Assembly (NCBI GenBank): GCA_004764695.1
Contig: SMSO01000033.1
Span: forward strand, 1,984,001 to 2,048,000
Direction: 5' to 3'
Origin: Schizochytrium sp. TIO01
Taxonomy: Eukaryota > Protista > Bigyra: Labyrinthulomycetes
Length of the DNA stretch: 64,000 bases
This document shows, in pieces, positions 1-12,259 of the stretch. The notes under the pieces are model-generated. The model was not told the origin of the DNA and did not search any database. It was given only the letters and a program-made list of their open reading frames with translations. The stretch's first letter is position 1, and every line of letters begins with the position of its first letter. The position numbers and the translations under genes were made by a program.

Positions 1-247
1 GATTGTACAGACTGTCTTGTGAATTTTCGAATCACCAAAATTTAACCTTCTTCCTGAATACAAGGAATAGGTATGTTCTCAAGGCAATTTAAAATTAGTT
101 CCCTCTTTTGTTTTTTAACAAAGTTAGCAACAATTGGTATTATGAATTTTGCATCATGCAGTAGAACGCAACAGACACCACTCTCGATCATAAGACCATG
201 TCGAAGAAGTTTGTGTTCATTTTTAGTGACATTGCTTTGTGCTTCTT

Positions 248-280
248 TGTGCTTTCTTTCTTTCTTTCTTTCTTTCTTTT
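248..280. repeat. (TTTC)n microsatellite
   Basis: Directly visible 'ctttctttctttctttctttctttcttt'. Confidence 0.85.
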
Positions 281-3200
281 AAATTTAAAAAGCATATGTA
301 CTTATACTAGTTAGTAATTACTCAACGCCCTTAGGACCAATAATACCTTACCTAAGTTTTCTCAGAAATACATAATGACTTCTAGGTATAGTATTATTTT
401 TATTTTTATTTTGAAAACAAAACTTTTTCCTTCTTTTTAAATAATTCTGAAATGATAATAAAAAAGCTGACGCAAACATTGCTTGCGCCTACATCGTTTC
501 TGTTTTGGTCACTGCTTTCAGGTAAGCAATAGGTCTAATACCTACTAACTAATATACATTTATATACGTGTTTGTCTTTTTACACAAGCACTTATCCTGA
601 ATAGTTAGTTAGAGTGATCCCAGATACCCATCCTGTGATAGTCGCAGCGCAGGTAGTACCGGAACCAGTACCGTATCACTTTCGTTTATCAGACTATGGA
701 GGCTGTCAATCCTTTTGCATGGACATTTTTTAAAATAACAGTATCTGTCACTGTACTTGAGTGGTAATTGATTATGTGTACTCTTGCTCTGGCAACTGAT
801 TGGAATGGAGAGTTTTACACTTGTTGGGGATAACTAACCAGTATTCATGGAAGGGCACCTGTGACAGAGAGGGCATAACTTGCATCATCATGATGCCTCT
901 CGTTTCGCCCCTTGAACCGCTTAGGCTACGTCATGAAGAGAGGGACAAGCTAGAAGCTGTGGTTTGATAAAATGTGGAACTCAAAACTATTCTTTTGCTT
1001 GAATTATTACCATTATAGAATTCCTAATACAATCTGCATATGATCTGGCATGATGAAGGGTATTGGGCAATCCGATTAAGAGTGACACAACGTAATAGTC
1101 TACAGCTCAACTCCGAAAATGGCAGGTCCGATACACAATATACTAGAATTCGACATATGCCAAAACGTACATAGAATATTGTTAGTTACAGTATGCTTCT
1201 GAATAGAGCTTCTACGCAAATATTTTAAAGACTCTTAGATCCATTCCCATTTAATGCGAGGATATATAAATTATATCAAATTTTGAGATTACTCCCCACA
1301 ATTCTATCGCTGATACCCTGCACATGAAGTGAAGGAAAATATTTGAATAAATTCCCATACTATCACTCACAGAATGGATCATGCATGGGATAGCCTAGCA
1401 CTGCAGATTATGAAGACATACTTCAAGCTTATTATACAAAATTTGCAGTTGTATGGTTACATGTGACATAAAATGTAAAAGGTGTTAAGCATGCTTAAAA
1501 GAGCGTTTGCGTTCTGATGAGTAACCATAATTATCTTCTTCTTCTTCTTTCCTTCTTTTTTCTTACATTTTGCAATAGTAATTTAAGACGTGTAATCTCT
1601 CATCTATGTTAGTTAGACCTTCACTTGAGATTAGGGTCCCACTATGTCTAACCTGGGAAAAACTTTCGCATGGCCTTGTAACGAAGCTAGACCTCCATTG
1701 AAAACCACAATACCAACCCTATTTGATACGGGAAATCCACTCATTCTAGCGTGCCCCAGGGTATCGAAAGAGTCTACCATACATATAGTAGTCCCGAGTT
1801 TGTGGGAGAACGCCTACATTTGCTGATTTGATTTGATTATGAGGGAGTAATTCTTATTTTATTTAAGATGAACACAAGCAAGTGACTACGCGTTTAATAG
1901 CTGCGTTTAAGGATACACTGCAATATTTTTTTCTTCTAACGTTCAACTCAGGCACGCACACCATACCTTTTCCCCAAACGCAAAGTATTAGAAAGAATTT
2001 GTTTAACTGTGACTTTTCTTATTATCAATAATTGAAGGCTTATTTACTTCTGCAGAGGTCATTGTGTTGCTCTATATGCTTATCACACATAAGAACTGAT
2101 TATTCACATGTCAGATGGAAAGATCTATCCTTTGGGACGAAAGCGACATTCAATTTAGACTGAATGACCATTCCGAGGCATTTACAAGCGCGTAGTTTCC
2201 ATGGGGTCATCATCTTATTTGTAATGTACTTTGTAAATCTGCTCCAACTGATAGCATATTCTGACTTAGATTTTCTGTGAGAGATTACTTGAGAGAAATA
2301 AAACTTGCTTCTAAAGGGTTGTACGTATATTTTATGAATTATTCTATGAGCATTGTCATATCCTCAGGGAAGCAGACTCATACAGCACCTTGTTTATTAA
2401 CTAGGCTAATGTGCCAAAATAGCGTCACCAGTTCAAAGTACTGACGAAAGTTCAAAACATCTACTACGAATAGGATTATGAGATATTCTTACTTATAATG
2501 TAGGGTTTTCTCGCTCTGTTGTGGAATAGATGGCGAATACATGCCTAAGGCAGCTTTATGCCGCGCAATGTGCGGGATAGCAGTACCCCCTGTCCTCGAT
2601 TTACCCTATTTTTAAAAAATAGTAAACACAAACTGACTAGTTAATTGTAAAATGCAGGATGCTATATTCCGAAGAGATCATATATACTATAAATGACAAT
2701 CTTGTTGAAAAGAAACAGCTGCAGAATTTAATTGAAAATGAATAATAAATAATAAATAACGAACTGAAAGGCATTGAGCAATCGGCATTTATAAAAATTA
2801 TGTGGGTGTGAAATGGATGTACATAAGTTTGGGTACAGTTAAGGTGTAGTAAGTCGTAGCTACTATCATGCGGCACTGATACAGATCTGAGACTATTACA
2901 GGTAGGAAGGCATTGGGAGACCAGTCAAACCTACTACTATTTTATTTATATAGTACGATAACTTAAACAGCTATCAAAGTGATATTGTTTTGCTTATATA
3001 GGTAACATTATATTATATATGTGTACAAAAACGTGTATGAGATATATGGTTCATATATATATATATCCCGTCTCGGAAAAAATAATGTAGTCACAAACAC
3101 TGAAGGTTTATTATGTTTATTTCTTCATTAAATTATTATTCTGACATTATTTATGTTCGTGTATGCAAGGATATTATTAATTATAATCATACTATAACAC

Positions 3201-3396
3201 GATAGAAAATATGATATGTCTCGTGGCATGTAATAGTAGGAGTTTAATTTAACCATTAGGTATTTAAAATCAAATAAGTCTGTCGCCATGCATGACATTT
3301 TAAAATTTTGTGTAACCCTGAAAGCTTGTATATATAGAGAGAGGCCTACTACCACTCGTTTTCCCAGAATTAATTAAATAAATACTAATGATGAGC

Positions 3397-3514
3397 TAGC
3401 TAGCCGACTCTGCTACATTCATTTTTCTTTTTTTTTAATCCATCATCAATTTCCTGTTTTTTTAATAAAGGGATTTGATTTCATCAGCCTGACTATGTAT
3501 GAGTCGGCGAGCTA
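3397..3514. repeat. Short fold-back element with 14-bp terminal inverted repeats (13/14 match)
   Basis: tagctagccgactc (3397-3410) pairs with gagtcggcgagcta (3501-3514); additional internal pairing is visible. Confidence 0.55.
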
Positions 3515-5312
3515 ACAAACAGGTGATCTGTTCCATCCATTTTTTAAAATTAAACATCTCAGCTATTTTTGTCTCAAAAATATATATAACTCATGAATGA
3601 ATGAATATTCTATTCTGAATACAAACAAAACAAGCAAACAAACAAAGTGTATTCAATTCAATCAATTCAATCAGTAATTTGTGTAATAAGAAATAGAATT
3701 TAATTTACATTACAAGCCATCATTAAAAAACACAAACATAGCTTGTATTGATTGATTATTATTATTGATTAATCATTAATTATATTACATGATACAATTG
3801 TAGTAAAATTGGCAGTGTACTTTTTGAGATGTTACAAATTAGTCTATAAATTAGATTTAATTAAATAAAATAATAACAATATAATATAATACAAAATTAT
3901 ATATAATATTAAAAAAAAAGGTTTGGGAACTTTAAAATTATGATATATTGTAAAATGTATTTAATTTTTATATTTATATATATATTTTGTAATTATTTAG
4001 TTAATTTTATGAAAACTGCTCAAGAATAGGAAAGTATATATTACATATAACTATTTCTAAGACATAGTGCCTCCTATAGAAACAACACCACTCAGTCCTG
4101 ACAATCCCTCCACGGTCCACACCGGCAAAGGATCCAGCCGAGGGTACGCGACATTTCCAATCAGGCAGAATGATTCTTTTTTCATGCAAGGATAATAATG
4201 AAGCTCATATTATTCATACAGGTGAGTACTTGGAATCCTAAGGATTCTCAATACAACAAAACAAATTCTATAACCAGATGTTACCTCAGGATTGTCCGGG
4301 CCTATGATCCTATTTCTAAAAACAATTTGCCTTAGGGGCGTACATGTTCTATTTTTTTTAAAGCTGAGAAAATGTGTACATCTTTCAAGTTGTTATATGC
4401 CATGGTGGGACTGATAAGTCGGTCGTGAGGAAAAGGAAGATGAAGGTAAAAAAAAGCTTGAGGAAGACTTGAGTATGACTCATGAAGGTTTAAATGAACT
4501 TTGACCTTAAGAGTTAATCTTGGAACTGAATTGAAAGGCAGAGTGAACCATATTATGAATAAGATACTTAGGCAAGTTGATCTGCAATGGACTGAACTAA
4601 GGAATGAAAAGGCAAGGTAATATCGTATGTAGGTTCTAATTCTTTGAGGACTTGCAATGTCGCGTCATGTATCCTATCAATGTCTTGTCTTTATGCTGCT
4701 TCAACAGGAATCTCATCAGCTTTAATTTTTTTTGCTTATATGAATTAGGCATTTTCTTGTACCAAACGCAAACAATCTAAAATATACGTGAGTCAAGCTC
4801 CACATATGACCACTAGCTTCCATTAAAGTACAGCGCGTGCAACGTGACTTCCACAAGAAATAATTTAAGAAAATAGCACAGATGTTGTGGCTGGCTGAGA
4901 TTTATAAGGAAAGAGTAGTTGCAGAGTAAACCTCGTCAGCCCAACTTCAACTAAGACTTGTGAGTTTGAGGCGTTAAGTGGGAACTCATGCTTTCTCTTT
5001 CGTCTTCCGATAAATTTAAATTCTCAAAATCAGAGTTTCGCATTCTTTGGGCTTTGTCTGATACCTCGAAGTAGAGCAGAAATGAAATAAAATAAAAACT
5101 TTAAAAATTACATGATTCGGTAAATTGGTCACGAATTGTCTAAATTTATTACCAAATGTTTGAATTTTACGAAATCCAATCATTAATTAACTTTGAAAAT
5201 CTAACTGTATAGAATAAATAACAACAAATGATCGACTTGCTGGTTTGTCATCTGCTAAAAGTTGAAACTGATAACTCTGGGAAATAATCAAAGGTGCTTT
5301 CGGTTTTCGTAT

Positions 5313-7388
5313 CTATTCAAGCTTAAGATACGCTTGACCGGTAGATTCCTGATGCTTACGAAGTGCCTCTGTAGACATTTGTGATTCTGCTGCTTTTAGC
5401 ATTCGTACCTGACGGTCAATTTCACGTTGACGCTTTGCCTGTTTTCGAAAGCTGGGGGTTTGGCCATGGAAAGCTTGATTGATTTGGCGAAATGCTTCTT
5501 TTTGCGTAAGGAGACGACCTTGTTCGTCTCTGTACTCAAGCTTAGGTCCGATTCCATCATCAATGATAGGTTGTGCATCATTTGCTCTACCAATGATAAT
5601 ATTGTTTGTCAGCTTGCTGGGGTCCAGGTCACCCCGTGCACGAAGCTTTCCTAAAGCTGCTGTCAATCCTCCACGGCTATTTCCCTTGCCATCCTGATCA
5701 ACTTGGCTATAATCAAATGCTTCGTCACCGAGAATATTATGCGCACGAGGTAATGTGCGTTCCGGTTTGTTCAAAGCATCAGTGCTTTCCAAAGAATCCA
5801 TTTGAGCTTCATCACGGGACCGTTTCTGACCTGCAGATATTTTGACTGCGTCTAAATGCTTAGACTCGCCTCGTGCCTCAATTCGTGCTGCGAATTCTGT
5901 TGCACTTGAAAGAACTAGCCCATCAGTATTTGCGTCATAGACTTCATCACTCATATCCATGCTAGCTGCCTTGTCGTTTGCAATCTGTGCAGCAATAGCA
6001 TCTGCTCTTTGGATATCTGTTGTCGAGGATGCTGATGAACCACCAAAATTGAAAGACTTTGAGACAGAGGATGGAAAGGCATAATCTTGATCTGACTCAG
6101 CGATTCGTCTGGAGGATCGACCATGGCGACGCACAACAATTGTATCGCCTTGCTCATCTTGTCCGTCCATAGGGTCGTCTTCCGACTTTTCATTCTTCTC
6201 AGAGCGACGCTTTTTGTCCTTATGCTTTTTCTTTTTCTTGTCTTTCTTTGATTTACGATCTTTTTTCGGTTTAAGCTGCAATTCTTCGTATTCTTCCGTT
6301 GTGTAGTAGTCTTGCATTTGTTGAAAGACTGAAAATCCTGCCTGTTGCTCCTTTACCTCCCGAAGGCGCTCTGCAACAGCATCATCTAAGCTTGGTTTGG
6401 GTGTTATGTTTGACTCGATCTTGCCCCCCTTCAATTCTCCATTCTTTTGCAATGTTACACCAGACGTTTTGGGTACTTCTCGAAGTGTATATCGTTTTCC
6501 TCGACCTTCATCAATGTCAGCATCATCATACTTGGAGAGAATATCCGAATCTTGATTTTCAACTCCTGACAACGTAGGCTCGTTATTTTTACGACGAATC
6601 TTTTCATGAGCAGCAGCGACTCGCTTCCGAGCAGCAAGTCTGTGGTCTTCAAGTTCATCAAAATCATCAGCAAGTTGACCTGTTGTTTCATCAATCAACC
6701 TGCTATCTTTCAAAGTAAGCACAACATCTTCACCTTGTGCACTAAGTTCCGAGACATCGTGCGAAACACGAACACCTTCGAAGTTTTCTTCTGCAACCTG
6801 CATACGCTGAGATTTCTTTTTGGGCGCAACAGTTTTGTCCACATCATTCTTTGATAACAATGCTGTACTTCTCGCAAGCCACTCTGCAGCGGACTCGCCA
6901 TCATGAGCAGTCTCATCGCCAAGTGTAGATCCTTCAAGCTTTGCTCGTAGCATTCGCTGCTTATGGGCATACGCAATTCTGTTCTGAAGATCTTCATGAT
7001 CAGCAGCAGCTTTCTGTGCAGCTGCACGCTCTCGAGAATTTTGCGCACGATGCTTCATCTCATTTGGAGGTGCTACGCGAAGAGGTGTTAATCCTAGAGC
7101 AATACGAACTCGGTTGGTTTCTTCAATTGTGCATGATATCTCACCATTCGATTCTGAAACAACAGCCTTTATGAGCTCTCCTTCATGCAGCTTCTCGTGA
7201 GATGTTGCGGAATCATTTGAAGGTAGGCTGTCTCTCTTTAATGAACGTTTGGCAGCATCCTGGCCTTCCACGCCAGAGTTGCGTAAAGGTTTAAGTCCTA
7301 AAAGCTTGCGAATGCGGTTGGTTTCCTCGACAGAGCATGAAATCTCTCCGTTATGTTCAACAGTTTGCGCTTGTGGGAAATCCGCCAT
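5313..7388 (-). CDS. SART1: U4/U6.U5 tri-snRNP-associated protein 1 (Snu66/SART1 family)
   Basis: Two HIND motifs (ISCSVEETNRIRKLLGLKPL; ISCTIEETNRVRIALGLTPL), the SART-1 motif 'VVLTLKDS', and the C-terminal signature 'LEYRDEQGRLLTQKEAFRQINQAFHG'. First ATG is at 7388; the ORF track starts at an upstream TTG (7466). Confidence 0.93.
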   Translation of the reverse strand: MADFPQAQTVEHNGEISCSVEETNRIRKLLGLKPLRNSGVEGQDAAKRSLKRDSLPSNDSATSHEKLHEGELIKAVVSESNGEISCTIEETNRVRIALGLTPLRVAPPNEMKHRAQNSRERAAAQKAAADHEDLQNRIAYAHKQRMLRAKLEGSTLGDETAHDGESAAEWLARSTALLSKNDVDKTVAPKKKSQRMQVAEENFEGVRVSHDVSELSAQGEDVVLTLKDSRLIDETTGQLADDFDELEDHRLAARKRVAAAHEKIRRKNNEPTLSGVENQDSDILSKYDDADIDEGRGKRYTLREVPKTSGVTLQKNGELKGGKIESNITPKPSLDDAVAERLREVKEQQAGFSVFQQMQDYYTTEEYEELQLKPKKDRKSKKDKKKKKHKDKKRRSEKNEKSEDDPMDGQDEQGDTIVVRRHGRSSRRIAESDQDYAFPSSVSKSFNFGGSSASSTTDIQRADAIAAQIANDKAASMDMSDEVYDANTDGLVLSSATEFAARIEARGESKHLDAVKISAGQKRSRDEAQMDSLESTDALNKPERTLPRAHNILGDEAFDYSQVDQDGKGNSRGGLTAALGKLRARGDLDPSKLTNNIIIGRANDAQPIIDDGIGPKLEYRDEQGRLLTQKEAFRQINQAFHGQTPSFRKQAKRQREIDRQVRMLKAAESQMSTEALRKHQESTGQAYLKLE

Positions 7389-8129
7389 TCTTCTTAGAAA
7401 GGGTCCTTTGTGCCTTGCTTTTGGAGGCTGAGAAGACCCACTTGTGAGTGTTTCTTGCAAGGACAATCAGTTCTCGTAGCGCGCGGATTATTTGATTGGG
7501 TGGGTTATTGCTTGCTCCCCCTCTTTTTTCTCTCTGTAGGTAAGGTACTCTCTCCATCTATTTTCCTCTAATACTATATGTTATCATGGCAGGGGACTCT
7601 ACTAGTGCCTACCTAATGCCTAAGTAGGAATTTCAAATTTATAAAATATATAGTACTACTGTTGGTTGGATAGAGAGATTAATACCAGTTGTAGTGAAGG
7701 AATAAATACATAAGAAGCTGGAAAGGGAAGTAGATGAAGCTCCATTTGTTGTCATATGTAGTATTCACGACAATAGCCATAGGTAGTAAGTAACTAGTAC
7801 TACCTATGCACTGGAGACTTTCTTATCTTCCCTCTCCTCCTTTGCTAGCTAGAGGTAGGTAAGAACCTACAACTATAGAGTGAGAGAGTGTGTATTATGC
7901 GTGTAAGCAATAGATAGAAGCAGTAGGTAGGTAGGGGAGTTATTGAAAACTATAGTAGGTACCTAGTATTCAATTTTAGTTGTGCGAACAATGACTCCAA
8001 ATGAGGTAACAAGCATTACTAGCTAGAAGTGCCCCACCCGAGTTTTGCGGCTGTGCACTGCAGATTTGTGTATTATCAGGAGCAGACCGGCCACACCTGG
8101 GGAAGTCGGGATAACTGACAAGGTTGGGC

Positions 8130-8757
8130 ATGGTCTTTCAAAGCCGAGTCTACGAAGGGTGCAAAGACAAGATGAGCAAAGGAACTCTCAAGGAGGATAT
8201 CTCTAGTACTGATCGTCCAAGGGAGCACACAGGAAAAACAGGTTCTCGACGAAGGCGCCGCCGCGCCTCAACAGGGGCTTCATCCTTAGCCACTCGCGAA
8301 GGGGTTTCTGATGCAAGCGATGAGTGCTTTAGCGAGATGAGCTATTCCAGCGAGGTGGCAAGTAGATTTAGCTACGTTTCTTCTGATGGTGAGGACAATG
8401 GAGTGTCACTGTCTCCACGAGATATGTATACAGGTTCTGCAAATGAGAACATCTTGGTTGCAACGCACAAAGACATTGTTAAAGAAAAACCATCAGCTTT
8501 TCAGAAAAACCGAAGGATCAAATCTCAGCAGGCGGTTCCTGATGAGGACATAGCAAATGAATTTCCAGATGATGCAGACGATGCTGATGATGCCATGACA
8601 ATTCATATAATCAAATCTGATTTTGGTTCACCTGCTGACAAAAACCAGGTTCATCCTCCTATCGACGAGTTGAATAATCTTCATTTACCGAGCATGTCTT
8701 CTACATTGTCTAACTCCCCCAAAAGTGAGTTAGAAGAAGACTCTTCTCCTTCTGCTG

Positions 8758-8788
<31 letters not shown>

Positions 8789-11663
8789 TTCCTCCTCCTC
8801 TTCTTCTTCAGTGAGGATATCCAAACGTAAAAATAAGCACAGTCCTCAACCCTCTATTTTAAAGCGACTAGCAAGGTACATCTGGCACTTTCTACCCCTT
8901 TTGGTGCTTGGTTGCTGGAGCATTGGTTCATTCTTTCGAGTTTCTAAGATTTTCGATGGTTTAGCACGGTCTGAGATCCTTGAGTGGCGAGAAAATGGCA
9001 ACGCGGTCATTTTGCGGAATCGAACTACTCTATATGTCAATGGAACAATAAGTTTCTACAATGGATCTAGCAAACACGCAGATGGAACTTGGAATCATAT
9101 TAAAAAGATAGACTACGAAGATCTAGCTGAATGCGCTGCGGATCGTCTGACATTAGATACTAAGTCGGCATTGGAAACATCGCTAAATACCAGACTTGAT
9201 GAAAGAGTGGCTTCTGAGATTCGACGCGAAATTCTTGAGCCGCATTGCGGATTTACATCAAACCGTCGTTTCCAATCTTGGAGTAGAATTACAGAGAGTG
9301 ATGCGCCAATTCTGTATCCCACGAACGATACAGAGGTTGTAGATGCGATTCGCGCAATTGGTGACGCGGGGTGTAAAATCCGTCCAGTCGGTGGGCACCA
9401 CAGTGACAGTGGCATTAGTATAGACACAATCGATAAAAGGGCAGTGGGGATATCCTTAGCAAAGTTCCGAGAGGCTACAGACTCTGAATGGTCGTTGGCA
9501 AATAAACGAGCTGTTCGAAGACGTTTGCAAGAGGAAAAGAGAGTCCGTGCTGAAGCTGGGCTTACGTTTATGAAGTTGAATAGCATTGTTCGGCCCTCTG
9601 GATACCATTTGCCAACCCTCCCAGAAACTTGGTCTTTGTCTTTGGGGGGTGCAATTGCAGGGCTTGTCCCTGGTTCTACGTATGGCCACTCCTTCGTGGG
9701 TGGAGCTGTGACGCGCCTACGAGTGGCGCTTGCCGATGGCCGCATCACAGAAATTGCTGATCCTCTTGATTTAGCTATGTGGCGAGGGTCTATGGGTCTG
9801 AATGGACTTATATTGAGCATCGAATTTGAGGTTGTTGCGCACAAACGATTTTCTATGGGCACGCGTAAAACACATATTCACGAATGGAACCCATGGTTTC
9901 TTGATGCTGCTGTCTCTTCATTGCTCCCTGGAGCTCAAGGTGGACAGTATATGTTTGATCCTTGGACTGACGATCTTGTTGGGGTTGGCTTTGTCACTCA
10001 GAAGCCCCGACAGCGCCTTCTGGACCGCGTAACAGGCAGTTCTACTTCTCCCCAATTTCAGAGCGATGCTGATTGCACTTTTGATGTGACCCGCATGCAG
10101 TGCAATTTCCTAGAAGCTTGTGAGTACCGATTTGAGCTAGGGGATTTTCTGCCGGCTCATTCCTGCCGTCTGAAGCGACGCCCTGATCCTAGCCCAGACA
10201 GCATTCGGGAATCCTACGCTGCTTTAGAAAATATTATTGATGAGGCGCAAGTCTCAGGCCTGCCAGCAACCCCAGATTATGATCTCATTGATAGTTGTTT
10301 CTGGGATTTAAGCATTGACAAGGTTTCGCGCTCTGCTCATAGTACCCACGGGATGCTGAACGATGGGTTCTGGTATTTAGGTTCCTCACGTAGTGTTGCA
10401 ATGTCATATTTTTTCCCCGTAAGTAAACTTTTCCGGGCTCTTGACATTTTTCGCACTCTTGTGCGTGAGCTTGTCATTCGTAATGCTCCGTACACAATGC
10501 GCGACGCGCCCGTTAGTTTCCAGTTTGTTCGCTTTCAGGAACGATCACATGTTCTCCTCCCAAGAAATGCACCTTCAGGGGACTTTGTGTCAATTCAGGT
10601 GCGCATTCTGACGCCAGATAATTCTGCTAAGCATCACATGCATGGTTGGAGGTATGCTCTGGCTGAACTTGAACAACGTTGGAAAGTTGCATTTCCAGAT
10701 GTACCAATATTTCCCAATCCAGGACACTTATTCGCCTTTCACGTTTTTCGAACAGGAAATGCTACGCGTGAAGAAACCCTCCTGGCCCGTTATCGACGCA
10801 TTCGTCGAGTTCGCGATGCTTTTCAAACTCTTAAGCGGCATTATGAGGCTCGAAGTCATGAAGAACGCTCTAAAGTTAAACCCCCGCAACAACGTAGGTT
10901 CTCGTTCTTCTCATCATCTCCTATCGCACCAGAATACACCTTTGAAGAGATATATCGCATTGAAGATCCATCTACAAAGATGCTAGCAGAAGTACGTGCA
11001 GAAATTGCCGAGGCTGAAACCGAAGCAGAACTCTTAGGTCTACAAAAAGAGCACGAAGCTGCTCGACTCCAAGTAGACCAAGAAAATGATTTTTTCGGTA
11101 GTGTGCATCGGGAGTTATTACAAGAGGCATACTTTAAAGAAGAAAGGCCATCCGAAGCTGCAACGATGGGCAGCGTGCCTGTTCCTTTCATGGACCCGCG
11201 AACACTGCAACGCATGTTCTCACAGGCACAAATGGGAGCTTTTCTTCGCTACCGTCAAAGTATTGATCCTGAAAACCGGTTCTGGGGTGGAAAGGCAACG
11301 CATTTCTTCCCCAAGAAGCTCAAATGGTCAATGTCAAACTCGGATGACCCAGATAGTCTTGCAGAAGCATTTCTAATTCTTGATCTGAAAAAGTTAGAAA
11401 TGCGCTCTGAAGTGGAACGAGAAGCAAGAAAGCATATGTTCACTATGATTCTTGTTTTTGCCATATTCGCTTACTGTTCGTATCGTATTGGACGATTTCT
11501 CTGCGCTGGGCGTCGTCGAGGATCCAGCCGCAGGAAGCTGAACAAAACGAGATCGCGGAGATCAAGTGTCTCTGAAGATGATTACAGTGACAGTAGCGAT
11601 TCTGATTCGTCCTCCTCGTCAGTGTCATCTGCGTCATCACGTTCGTCTTCATCTTCGAATTAA
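8130..11663 (+). CDS. Membrane-anchored FAD-binding (PCMH/VAO-type) oxidase, aldonolactone-oxidase-like, divergent
   Basis: FAD-binding motifs: 'KIRPVGGHHS' (9390-9404), 'VRAEAGL', 'SLGGAIAG', 'GSMGLNGLILSIEF', terminal 'IDPENRF'. Hydrophobic helices near aa 255-272 and 1108-1128; Ser-rich tails. Start is ATG 8130 or 8172. Confidence 0.75.
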
Positions 11664-12259
11664 GTAGGAAGAGTTTCAATCTGAGAGTGAAGAAGTCTCA
11701 GAGAGCTGTTTCTTTTCCTTGCAAACAATTGTTATCAAACAGATTAACTAAAAATCCTGATCATTACTAAACACTCACTCAATATGTAGAGCGTAAAATT
11801 TATTTCGCTCCTTATCTTTAGAAAACAATTTCAAATTTAATCTCTGACGCAGTGTCCGGACGCTTGGTATGTATGGTGTATGAAGGCAGCCCTTGTAACG
11901 ACGAATTTTGGTGCCTTGAATGAAATCAGATTAGCTATATCAGAGAGCACCGGTCTTTCCAAATGAACTTAAATACTGTCACTTAAACCTTTGAGGAGGT
12001 TTTTCGTCACACTTCGCTGGTAGAATCATTCTCATTGTATGACCAGATCGGAAAGTAACACGTCAAGTCAAATAGAAAACAACAAGAAATAGATGAAACA
12101 TACACAGATCAAAATAATGGTTAAAGACTTTTTTATTATTTAATTAAAAAGTATAAAAACTTTGGAAAAAGAAGCTATAACCAAGAAATAAATTGTGTGC
12201 CGATTTTGCACAGAAAATGCACAGAAGAATAGACCTCCTTTCAGTAATATGAAGGGGTT

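Noticed and set aside
3388-3492. ATGATGA (box C) and CTGA (box D) suggesting a C/D snoRNA
   Set aside because: The inverted repeat does not flank the boxes as a terminal stem, and the interior is poly-T with no evident rRNA guide.
4080-4165. GC-rich patch in AT-rich DNA, considered as an snRNA, snoRNA or tRNA
   Set aside because: No tRNA A/B boxes or cloverleaf, and no U1/U2/U3/U6/SRP signatures that I could recognise on either strand.
1-5300. Short ORFs (60-79 aa) in the AT-rich left end
   Set aside because: No recognisable motifs, mostly non-ATG starts or low-complexity products; treated as intergenic.
7521-7546. Pyrimidine tract followed by TAG|GTAAGG, resembling a recursive splice site on the plus strand
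   Set aside because: It would need a transcript starting antisense within SART1 or its leader; more simply this is purine-rich leader or promoter sequence of SART1 on the minus strand.
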